The notes beneath the pieces were generated by a model. It made no database searches. It was not told the DNA's origin and worked only from the letters and a program-made list of their open reading frames with translations. The position numbers were made by a program, and so were the translations under genes. From assembly GCF_018977255.1 (NCBI RefSeq), contig NW_024704742.1, positions 70,620,001 to 70,684,000 on the forward strand: a stretch of DNA of 64,000 nt, in the 5' to 3' direction. Source of the stretch: Callorhinchus milii (lineage: Eukaryota). Shown piece by piece: positions 52,845 to 64,000 of this stretch. Each line of letters opens with the position of its first letter. The stretch's first letter is position 1.

Positions 52845-55419
52845 TTATCGTGGCAAACTTCATGCTGAACATTGTTTCCGGCCCTTGTCTGTACAATGCC
52901 ACCACAGCCACTTCCTGTCACTATTCCTGCAAACCCATCTCCTTTCACCAATTTAGCTAACTTTCCATTGTGTCCCATAGCTCAGTGGTTAGAGCACTCG
53001 CTTCGCAAGCGAAAAGACCCATGTTCAACTCCCAGGTGGTGTGAAATCTTAGGCAAGTTTCCTTACTTCATATACCTCTGTTTAGCTAGCAGTAAGTAGG
53101 AACCCCGTTGTTGGTCGATTGGCAGATCACTTTCTGGGGGCAATAATCCCTTCAAAACAATATATTTATACTACTAATAATAATTTAGTCATTCAATCTA
53201 CGGCTGTTTGTGGGACACTGCTATGCACAATTGGCTGCCGCATTTGGCCCACAAAATATACAGTCAATCCACTTTATAGTATATTCTGTGTAGCACCTTG
53301 AGATGTCTTGATGACCTGATAAAGTGCTATACCAAATCCGAGGATTGTTATTATTATAGATTTCCTCTCACTATACACAACCCCAAATGGACCAAACCAT
53401 CTTTCCCCTCATTGTGTCTGTGCTGGTGGCTCATTCCCTCACTGGAGCCCTCCATTCTCATCCCATTCCCTGCTCTTTCCCCATCGTGTCTATGCTGGTA
53501 TTTTCATGACTCGCTCAGTAGCATTCGCATCCATAATCCAACACAATGCTGCTGAAATAGCTCTGCATTGGTTTGATTGCCTAATTACCAATTATCTGAT
53601 CATTCTGAGAGGTGTGTTAAAATCATCCTTCCTTTTTGAGCAAATGCAACATAGATAAATAAACCCGTCTTTGTTATCGGGGGAGGGCGGGTGGTGGGGG
53701 GAATGGACACACTGGGTATGCCACTCTGAGCCAAAACAAACCACTCCCCAGCTCCTTTGGAAATAAAAATGAATAAAGTGAATACAATACAATTTACATT
53801 TAAACAGCACCTTTCACATTGGGAGGATATCTCTAAGCACTTGACACAGTTGGAAGGGGGGAGTGCGGAATGGGGAAGAGGGGGTGAGGGAGAGGGAGAG
53901 TTCAGGTAGGTTGTGTGAGGGGAATGGTGACCGAAGGCATAGTCAGAAAGTCTTGATAAACAGCAAAAAGGGCACCATTTGGAAATCAGAAGGGAATTTC
54001 TCTCTCCCGGTGTCCTGGGCTATAATCTGCCAGATAAGACTGTTCATTCACCCTATGGACATTACTGTGCACAAATTAGCTGCCACATTTGCCCCTGCAA
54101 AACATACAACCACTACATTTTGCAGCATTTCCCTGTGAAGCACCTTGACCATTTGACACTGTGCATAATGGCGGTTTTAGTTGGTTAGACTCCAGCAGTT
54201 ACCCCAACACACCCTCTGGGGTCCCCAAGCCTTGGCTCATGCCAACGTGTGCCTAATACTTTCCGGATTTAGGTAAGCAGCATGCATACCTCCAGGGAGA
54301 GAGAGCGCATTCCATTCCAATACACAAGGAAATTCCAAGTTTGGGTAACGTACATGTGTGGAACACTCAGTCTGATTTGGAGATTTTAAGCTCAGTGATG
54401 GGTTCCTGCGTGTGCCAGACACCAGGTTGGCCTGAAATCTTACATCATAATAGATATAATAATTCTTGCATTTGATATAGCGCCTTATCATGTCATTGAG
54501 ATGTCTTAAAGTGCTTCACTAAATATATTTTAAAGTGGACTGATTGTGTATTTTGTGCGCAAAACGCGGCAGTCAATTGTGCACCGTAGTGTCGCACAAA
54601 CAGTTGTGGTTCGAGTGACTAACTTTTTTTGCAGGGATTATTACCCCCAGAATTGATCTGCCAATTGACTAACAACCGGGTTCCTACTTACTGCTAGTTA
54701 AACAGAGTCATGTGGAGTAAGGAAACTTGCCTAAGGTTTCAACCCACCTGGGAATCGAACCAGAGACCTCTCGTTTGCGAGGTGAGCACTGTAATCACTA
54801 TACTTCAGGACTCCATTATAACAATCATCCCTGCATTTGATAACATCATATTGTCGAGATGTCTCAAAGAGCTTCACAGGAATTACTGTAAAGTGCAGTG
54901 ACTGTGTATTTGTAGGCAAATATGGCAGTCAATTTGTGCACAGAAACAGCCGTGAAGTGAGTGACCAATTTTTATCTGGGGGATTGTCATGCCAGGACAC
55001 CGGGAGAGAGGAACTCTCTTCATTTTTTGCATAGCTCAGTTTAATGTATCATCTGAAAGACGGCGTCTCCAACAACGCAACACTCTCCCAGTATCAGCAC
55101 AAATTGTGAGCTGAAAGACCCTGACGTGGGAGGGGAGTGCTTAGAACATGATCATATTGTTGTAAATGACAACAGCAACTTTTAAACGGTGTTAACAGGT
55201 CACAGATTGTGGAGTCCTGTAGTACAGTTGTTATAGCGCTCCCCTTGCAAGCGAGAGGACCTGGGTTCGATTCCCAGGTGGGGCGAAACCTTTGGCAAGT
55301 TTCCTTACTCTACACACCTCTGTTTACCTAGCAGTAAGTCGGAACCCGGTTGTTAGTCGACTGGCGGATGGCTTTCCAAGGGTAATAATCCCTAAAAAAA
55401 ATGTGGTCACTCAATCCAG

Positions 55420-56640
55420 AAAACAGAGTTGGGGTAAATGGCAGAGGGTGGAAAGTGGTGTTTCACAGGGATTGGTATTGGGACCACTGTTCACAATTTA
55501 CATTAAAGATTTGGACTCAGGGATCGAAAGTACAGTTTCAAAATTTGTGGACGACACCAAATTGGGGGGAGTACTTCATATTGAGGAGGACTGCAACAAA
55601 TGACAAGACATTAATAAACTTGCTGAATGGGCATTTAATTGGCAAATTAATTTCAATATAGATAAGTGTGAGATGGTACAATTTGGTAGGAGGAATAAGG
55701 AGGTTACATCCTGCCTGGAAAATAAGAATCTAAATGGGGTAGAGGAGCAAAGGAATCTAGGGGTACACATACACAAATCGCTAAAAGTAGCAACGCAGGT
55801 TAATAAGGCCATTAAAAAAGCAAACCAAGCATTGGGTTCATTTCTAGCAGCATAGAAATGAAAAGCAGGGAAGTTATGCTAAACTTATATCGAACCTTGG
55901 TTAAGCCACACTTGGAGTACTGCGTACAGTTCTAGTTCTCATATTGTAGAAAGGATATAGAGCACTGGAGAATGTGCAAAGGAGCTTTACAAGGATGATA
56001 CTGGAACTGAAAGGTTATATCTATCAGGAAAGGCTGAACAAGCTTGGACTCTTTTCTCTTAAAAAGAGAAGGGTAAGGGATGACCTACATGAGGTCTTTA
56101 AAATTATGAAAGGTTTTGATAGAGTAGACATAGAGAAGATGTTTCCACTTGTGGGGGAGATCAAAACCAGGGGCCAACAATATAAAATAGTCACCAATAA
56201 ATCAAATAGGGAAGTTAGAAGAAATTTCTTCATACAAAGAGTAGTGCAAATGTGGAACTTGCTACCGCAAGGAGTTCTTTAGGCGAATAGCATAAATGTA
56301 CTTAAGGGGAAGATAGATAAGTACAGCTAGATAGTGGAGTCCTGTAGCTCAGTGGTTAGAGCACTCGCTTTGCAAGCGAGAGACCTGAGTTCAATTCTAG
56401 GCAGACAAGGCGAAACCTTGGGCAAGTTTCCTTACTCCACACGCCTAATAATAATCCCTCCAAAACCAAAAACAATAATAAATTGGTCATTTTCAATCTA
56501 CGACTGTTTGTGGGACATTGCTGTGCGCAATTGGCTGCCGCGTTCGCCCACAAATATACAGTCAATTCACTTTACAGTGTGTTCTGTGAAGCGCTTTGGG
56601 ACGTCCTCCTGACGTGAAAAGCGCTATATCAAATGCAAGG

Positions 56641-56675
<35 letters not shown>

Positions 56676-56818
56676 ATGAGGGAGAAAGGAACAGAAGGTT
56701 ATGCCTCTAGGCTTAGCTGAGGAAGGGCAGGAGGAGTCTCGTGTGGAGCATAAACACCGGCATAGACCAGTTGAGCCGAATGGCCTGTTTCTGTGCTGTA
56801 CATTCTATGTAATTCTAC
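55420..56818 (+). mobile_element. CR1-clade LINE, 5'-truncated ORF2 plus 3' tail, interrupted by a young SINE
   Basis: SGVSQGLVLGPLFTIYIKDLD..SKFVDDTKLGG, EQRNLGVHIH, ERLNKLGLFSL..R.DL.EVFKIMKG, FFIQRVVQMWNLLP; tail gaatggcctgtttctgtgctgtacattctatgtaattctacg. Confidence 0.9.
56335..56672 (+). mobile_element. Young tRNA-derived SINE (type A, short subfamily) inserted in CR1
   Basis: Same sequence as 22011-22343 with a long (ATT)n tail; CR1 resumes at acatgagggag. Confidence 0.9.
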
Positions 56819-58384
56819 GTAATCCATAACTGTTTGTGGAACACTGATGTGCACAATTCGCTTGTGAAGCTCTTTGGGACATCTCAATGACATGATAAGG
56901 CCCTATATTATTATTTTCATAGATCACTCTCTAATTCGAGCATCCTTCCCCCTCACCCACCTCCACAAATGAGAGCGTCCTTGAAATTTTTCCCACAATA
57001 TCAATTAAGCTCTTGGCCTCTGTTGGTGAGCGGTGCTGAAGTCCTGAATCTGGGAGATGTCTCCCAGCCTCCTCGCTCAGTCCCCCATCGATTGTCAACT
57101 GATCTGCCTCCTTCTAATACCTCTCCGCTTTCTCTCAGCTTTCTGTGCTGATAATCATCAAACACACCGATACAATACCCCTCTCTCTCCCCTCCTAAGT
57201 CCCCCTCCCCCCACACACACATACTCCACCCCTAGGCTGGGCTGGTACCAGTCAGAGTTAACCCTTTGAATGCTGACTGCCGCACAGCTGAGGAGAAATT
57301 CCCACCCAGTTCTAGGTTGGTTCCAGTTTCTTAGCACTCTTTTTGCACACAAGTAGGTGTCAGCCTGGCTCAGTCGGTGAATGTTCTCACCTTTGAGTCA
57401 AAGGGTTGTGGGTTCAAACCTCCTTTTCGGGGACTTTGAGCTACATTCAAAGCTGATGCTCCAGTGCAGCGCTGGTTGCCGCATTGACAGAAGTGTCGTC
57501 CTTCGGATGGGACATTAAACTGAGATCCTGTCTATATCTATTTAGGTAGATGTTAAAGATCTTGAGAGAGTTTTCTCTTTCCCAGTGCCTGGCCGACAAT
57601 TCCCCCAGATAAAATCACTCACTCACTTCTTGGATGTTTCCGGGATATGCTGTATGCAAATTGGCTACCCCGTTCGCCCACAAAATACATGGGGAGAAAT
57701 TCCACTTTATTTCTCGTTTACTCTATTCATTTAAGTCTCCAGAATTTGGCAAATTGTCTTAATTCTTAAAAAGGTTTTCTGGGTTGTTTTGGAAAAAACA
57801 GTTTTAGAATCGATGCTGCATTTAATAATTTGACAAATTCCAGATTTATCACATCACTGAGTCGTCTCAAAGCAGGAATTACTGTAAAGTGTAGTGACTG
57901 TGGTATTTTGTAGGTGAAACAGCAGCCAATTGTGTACAGCAACAACAAGAACAACAAATTACATTTGTATAGCAATGTCCTACAAACAGCCATGAAGTGA
58001 GTGACCAGTATTATCTGGGTGATTGTTGGCCAGGAGACCTGGAGAGAGAAACTCCCTTCTCTTTTGAAATAGTGCCACAGGATCTTTAACATCCATTTGA
58101 ACAGACAGGGCCTCGATTTAACGTTTCATCCAAAGCACCTCTGACAATACAGCATCCACCCAGCACTGCATTTGAGCATCAGCCTAGACTGTCAACCCCA
58201 AATCCTGACATATTGCCGCTTGAACCCATAACCTTCTGAGTCAGAAGCGAGAGTGCTAATGACTGAGTCACCCTACATAAGGAAAGTGAATCCTGGTTAG
58301 GATTCCTCTCCCAACACAGTCACTCCACATTACAGCACCTCCTGTGTGAAGCACTTGGGGACGTTTTGAATATTGAAGTCAGCA

Positions 58385-58713
58385 TAATAATAATAATAAT
58401 ATAATAATCCTTGCATTTGATAGAGCGCTTTTCACGTCGGGAGGACGTCCCAAAGCGCTTCACAGAACACACTGTAAAGTGAATTGACTGTATATTTGTG
58501 GGCGAACGCGGCAGCCAATTGCGCACAGCAATGTCCCACAAGCAGTCGTAGATTGAAAATGACCAATTTATTATTGTTTTTGTTTTTTAGAGGAATTATT
58601 ATTAGGCGTGTGGAGTAAGGAAACTTGCCCAAGGTTTCGCCCTCTGCCTGGAATTGAACTCAGGTCTCTCGCTTGCAAAGCGAGTGCTCTAACCACTGAG
58701 TTACAGGACTCCA
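58385..58713 (-). mobile_element. Young tRNA-derived SINE (type A, short subfamily)
   Basis: Reverse complement near-identical to 22011 and 56335 copies. Confidence 0.9.
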
Positions 58714-59029
58714 CATGTGTGTGCATTAATTAAAGCTTGCCAGTCGTAAGGTCATCCCTGTTGGGGGGGTGGGGGGGGTGGGGGGGGTGGTGGGTGGGGG
58801 GGGGTGGTGGGTGGGGGGGTGGTGGTTGGGTCGGGTGGGGGGGGGGGATGTGAGCGGGTTGCACGTCATACTCAGGACTACAGTCAGCATCACAGTGAGA
58901 AGGCAGTTTATTCAATCCCTAAGTTGCACAGTATACTTAAGAGCTAATTTTGCCCTCAGTGTATGTCAGCCGGGTGTGTGACACATGGAACCCTATCACC
59001 ACGCTTAAGAGTTCCACACATATGTTCCA

Positions 59030-59395
59030 CAGAACGGATTAACTTCAAGATCTTCATACTCATCTGTAAATCACTTCATGCCCTGGCACCTCCCTACCTC
59101 TCTGACCTGATTACTCCCCATTCCATCGCCGCCTTCGCTCGGCTGGCTTCAGCCTCCTGCTTGTCCCTCATCCCCTACGTTCTACCATCAGCAGCCGTGC
59201 TTTCACCCACAACACCCCAAAGCTCTCCTCCAACCCCTCTGCCTTGCTCCCTCTTTCCCCATCTTCAGATTGCACCTGAAGACCTTACTCGCGGACAGTG
59301 CTTACGGTCACTTTCCCCCAGTTCCGCGTCAGGCTCCACCATTGTTAAGCACTGCAAGACGCTACCCTACGTGTAAATGCGAGCTCTTGTTGTGT
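59030..59395 (+). mobile_element. L2 3' fragment inserted into a copy of the unclassified structured repeat
   Basis: ERINFKIFILICKSLHALAPPYLSDL plus tail; the flanks join up as one copy of the other family. Confidence 0.75.
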
Positions 59396-60064
59396 GCAAC
59401 ACCTACATATGGAAACTCCCCATGTCTAAAATGCGCACTCTCTCTCTACCTGGAGGGTTACGTCCTGCTTACCTAATTCTGGAGAGTATTAGGCACAGGT
59501 TGGCAAGAGCCAGGACTTGAGGAACCCCAGAGTGTACGTTGGGATCACTATTGGAGTCTAACCAGCTAAAGCTACATAGCTTGCCATCGAGAGCAGTGCC
59601 TGGCAAGCTTTCCCACTGCTGGTCTGGCTAGGACCACCCTACCCTTTAGGGTTTTGGTTTGCAGCGTTAACAGGAGCTGAGTGGGCAGAATACTTGCTCC
59701 TCTTAATCTCTTTAACGAGACAAAAGTGGGACATTGTTGAGGATACAGTGACAGTAGACTGTTTTAGTTGAACAAAGGGAACCTGTGTAAAGTGCAGGAC
59801 CGAGGATGAAAGAATTAACATGGGGGAATATATAACATGGGGAAGCTGAAATAATCTGAAATAATTATTTCTTAATGAAGGAATTAATTGCCCCATACTC
59901 TCTTTGTTCTAGAGGCAAGTTTGCAGTTTACCACAGTCTGCTCTGAATCTCACTCATCCCGGTGTAACCACACCATAAATAATTCAAACCCAGATAGCAA
60001 TTACACAGCCTGCACAATCATAATAAATATTTTATGAGACACTAAAACAGCCTCTGGAATGAAT

Positions 60065-60763
60065 CCCTCTCTCTCTAGCAATCTCTCTCTCGCACACACG
60101 CTCTCTCTCGCATTCTCTCACTCACTCTTTTTCTCTCGTGCTCTCTCTCTCCCACTCTACCTCTTGCAATCTCTCTTGCACTCTCTCTCTCATACAATTG
60201 CACTCTCTCTCACTCTCTCGCTCCCTCTCTCCCCATCTCTTTTACAATCTCTAATTCTCTTGCACTCCTGTCTAGCATCCTCTTTCTCTTACTCTCTCTC
60301 ATACTCTCTCTTTCACACTTTCTCTTGTAATCTCTTGCACTCTCCCTCACAATCTCTTGCTTTCTTCCTTACTCCTCGCTCGCACTCTCTTTCTCTCACA
60401 CTAACTCTCAGACAATCTCTCACAAGCTCTTTCTTGCACTCTCACGCCCTTTCTCTTGCACACTCTGTCTTGCTTCCTTTCTCTTGGAATCTCTTACACT
60501 CTGTCACACTCTCTCTCACAGATTCTCTCATGCTCTCTTGCAATCTCTTGCCCTCACTCAATTTCACACACTCTCAAACAATCTCTCCCATTTTCTCTCA
60601 CCCCCACCTCACAATCTCTTGCACCTCTCTCCAACACTCTCTTGCACTCTCTCTCTCTCTCTCTCTCTCACACTCTTTCTCTCCCTCTCTCTCACTTCAT
60701 CTCTCTCACACTCTTTCTCTGGAATTCTCTCACTCTCGCACTTTCTCTTACTCACACTCTCTC

Positions 60764-60803
<40 letters not shown>

Positions 60804-61152
60804 TTGCACTCTCTCTCTCTCTTCCAGATGCTCTCTCTTTCTTTCTCATTCTTTCTCACATACCCTCTCTTTCTCTCGCTCTTTCTCTCTATCAATCTTT
60901 CTCTCACTTTCTCTTCCAGTGTCTCTCTTGCTCTCTCTGTTTCTTTCTCGCTGCTTTTTGTTCTCCCCACTCCCTCGGTCTCTCACTCTCTCTTTCACTC
61001 TCTTGCTCATTGTCTCTCTCATTCGCTCTCTCGCTTAGTCTCTCATTCTCTCACATTCACTTTCTCGCTCATTCTCTCCCTCTCTTTCACTCTCTCACTC
61101 ATTCTCTCTCTCACCCTCTCAGTCACTCCCTTATTCTCTTTATCACTCTCTT
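60065..61152. repeat. ~1.1 kb degenerate (CT)n low-complexity tract
   Basis: Source of the spurious 384-aa Ser/Leu/His ORF. Confidence 0.92.
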
Positions 61153-61169
61153 TACAATAGACTATATTT

Positions 61170-61700
61170 ACACAGTGCCTGCAGCTTGTGGAGGGAAGAG
61201 TTGGGAAGTCTGACGAGCAGGGAGTTAGTGTAGTCAAGCCTGGATGTAATGAAAGCATGGATGAGGATTTCAGCAGCCTGATGGGAGGGGATGGGCAATA
61301 TTGCGGAGGTGGGTGAAGGCAGAGCGGGTCATGGCGCAGATGTAGGGTAGAAAGGACAGTTGAGGGTCAAACAAGACATCACGGACTGGCTTAGTGAAGT
61401 GGAGTGTGCAACCATGGATGGTGAAGCCGTCAGCGCCTGAGGTGAGGGGAACCAATCAGGAGAGCCTCGGTCTTGATGACGTTCAACTGAAGAAAGTTCA
61501 CTCTCATCCAGGACTTGATGTCTGACAGACATTCTGTTAGGACAGCAGTAGTCCTGGATTCAAGGGTGGAGGTGGGGAGATAGAGTTGGGTGTCATCCAC
61601 ATACATGTGGAAGTTGACCCCATGTAGGGAGCATGTAGATAATAAAGAGAGGACCAAGGACAGAGCCCTGAGGAACACTCCACATAACAGTGCGTGGATG
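61170..61700 (-). mobile_element. Degraded L2 LINE RT fragment
   Basis: HGVNFHMYVDDTQLYL, FLQLNVIKTEALLIG and VLFDPQLSFLP, homologous to the 5.9 kb copy. Confidence 0.85.
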
Positions 61701-63159
61701 GGCAAAGAAACCATAGAACCACAGAAATTTATGCCACAGAAGAAGGTCATTTAGCCCATTGTGTCATGTTGGCTCCCTCAGACCAATCCGTCCTTCGGAT
61801 GAGATGTTAAACTGAGGTCCTGTCTGCCTGTTCAGATGGGCATGAAAGATCCCATGGCATTTTTGAAAAGTAAAGGGAGTTTCTCCTGGTGTCCTGGCCA
61901 ACAATCATCCAAATAAAATTGGACACTCAGTCAATGACTGTTTGTGGGACACTGCTGTGTGCAATTGACTGCCGCATTTCGCCTACAAAATACACAGTCA
62001 CTCCACTTTACAGTATATCCTGTGAAGCTCTTTGGGACATCTCGACGATGTGATAAGGCGCTATATCAAATACAAGGATTATTAATATGACATTAAAGAC
62101 TGCACCTGAAGACAGTCCTCTTTGACTGTGCTTACAGTCACCTCCCCTCTACCCCAACTTGGCATTAAGCTCTACCACTGTTATGTGCTCCGAGACACTA
62201 CCCCGTGTGAAGGTCTCTGTCACAAGTTGTAGTTGTTGTTTTGTGACTGAGCCACAGTAATAACAATCCTTGAAACCAAGTTTGATCATCATAGGGATCT
62301 CAAGCACTTTGATGTGTCCTTCCAGCATGAAATTGGCAATATCAAATGCAAAGATTATAATAATAATAATAATGCTTGCATTTGATATAGGGTTATTACA
62401 TCATTGAGACGTCTCAAAGAGCTTCACAGAATATACTTTAAAGTGGATTGACAGTGTATTTTGTGAATGAAACGTGGCAGCCAATTGTACACAGCAGAGT
62501 TCCACAAACAGTCGTGGATTGAGTAAGAAATTTTTTTTTTTGGGTGGGCAGGGGAATATTATCCCCGGAAAGTGATTCGTTAATCGACTAACAACCGGGT
62601 TCCTACTTCTTGCTAGGTAAACAGAGGCGTATGGAGTAAGGAAACCTGCCCAAGGATTCACCCCGCCTGGGAATCATACCTGGGTCCTCTCGCTTGCGAG
62701 ATGAGTGCTCTAACCAATACTCTATAGGACTCCATATCAATGGAGTATTATTAGTATTATTATTACAACAATTTTCACAATTGAGGGCAGGTTAAGACTG
62801 TGCCACCCACTCTATCGTGGTGAGGCAACACGCTCAATTTCAGTGCTGCCTGAGCTCGGGAATTAAAAAAATATAAATATTTATTGTATTTTATCTGAGG
62901 AATCTATTACATCCTTCACATCAACGCCAGCAAATATTTATTACCCGATGACATTCCACACACAAACAAAACCTACAATAATTTCTTTTTTACACTTAAT
63001 CTCGCTAGATGACAACATGAGAGCGTTTAATTAAATTTAATAACTTGAATACATTAAAAAAAATTATTACCCAAACTCAGGAATTGACTCACTAGTCGGA
63101 AAAGCTCGGAAATTCATTTCATCTGTCGGAAACGCAGTTTTAAATCCTTGGAAGGAAAA

Positions 63160-63550
63160 CTAGTTACTGGGGCAGGGAATCCTCCCCACTCAGGTCCTAT
63201 TAACCCTGCAAGCCAAAACCCTATCGGGTAATGTGGTCCTAGCTGGACAAGCAGCGGGGAATCTGGCCAGACAGTGATATCAATGGCAAGTTATGTGGTT
63301 TTAGCTGGTTAGATTCCAGGAGTTACCCCAACGCACATGCTGGGATCCCCAAGCCTTGGCTCTTGCCAACTTGCGCCTAATCCTTTCCAGAATTAGACAA
63401 GCAGGACATGTCCCTCCAGAGAGAGAGAGTGCGCTTTTCACTCCAGCAATCTATATCTGGAATTTCCATGCATGGAAATCTCAGTTGGTTTGGAGACTAT
63501 TAAGCATGATGATGGGTTTCCGCATGTGTCAGACACAAGGCTGACTATTC
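63160..63550 (+). mobile_element. Copy of the unclassified structured repeat
   Basis: ggggcagggaatcc...gggtttccgcatgtgtcagacacaaggctgac. Confidence 0.75.
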
Positions 63551-64000
63551 CCTTCTCTTTCCCCATCATGTCTGTTCTGCTGCTCAGTCCCCCACTGGAA
63601 CTCTGTACTCTAATCCCATTCCCCTCTCTTTTATATCTTGTATAATAATAATCCTTGCATTTCATACAGCGTTTTCACGTCGAGAGGATGTTTCAAAGCC
63701 CTTCACAGGATTTTCTGTAAAGTGTAGTGACTGTGCAGTTTGCGGGTGAAACGCACAGTCAGCTGCATGCAGGAATGTCCTATAAACAGCCATGGAGTGA
63801 GTGAGTGCCATGATATCTTTAAAGTCCAACTGAACAGGCAGACAGAACCTTAGTTTAATGCCTTATCCAAAGGACAACATCTTCGACAATGCAACACACC
63901 TTCAGCACTGCATTGGAGTGTTAGCTTAGACTATGTGAGTCCAAGTCCCACAATCTTCTGACTCAGAGGCAAGAGCGCTACCACTGAGCCAGGTTGACAC

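Noticed and set aside
60059..61213. 384-aa ORF and overlapping ORFs
   Set aside because: Translation of a (CT)n low-complexity tract antisense to an intron; no domain content

Overview
Vertebrate genomic DNA, most likely a cartilaginous fish (inferred from the DeuSINE/L2/CR1 repeat content). The only host gene I can support is the 3' two-thirds of a COE/EBF (Collier/Olf/Early B-cell factor) transcription factor on the minus strand. It has 10 coding exons (equivalent to EBF1/3 exons 7-16) between 52824 and 25212, all with GT-AG junctions. They splice into one open frame (1093 nt) ending ...AMSGLIIPPM*, followed by a ~1.8-2.3 kb putative 3'UTR; exons 1-6 lie beyond the right edge. The paralogue is uncertain: it mixes EBF3-, EBF1- and EBF4-like residues and seems to have only the short forms of exons 8 and 15. 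The rest is dense with repeats: two tRNA-headed SINE families sharing an L2-type tail, L2 and CR1 fragments, hAT-like MITE remnants and microsatellites. There is also an abundant unclassified family that looks like the long, highly structured, A-tailed 3'UTR of a non-LTR retrotransposon. Repeat-free, homeobox-motif-rich islands are candidate conserved enhancers; the best (38140-38800) has clustered Pbx-Hox and Pbx-Meis sites. Most ORFs in the supplied track are repeat or low-complexity artefacts. Repeat coordinates are approximate; exon coordinates were counted base by base.
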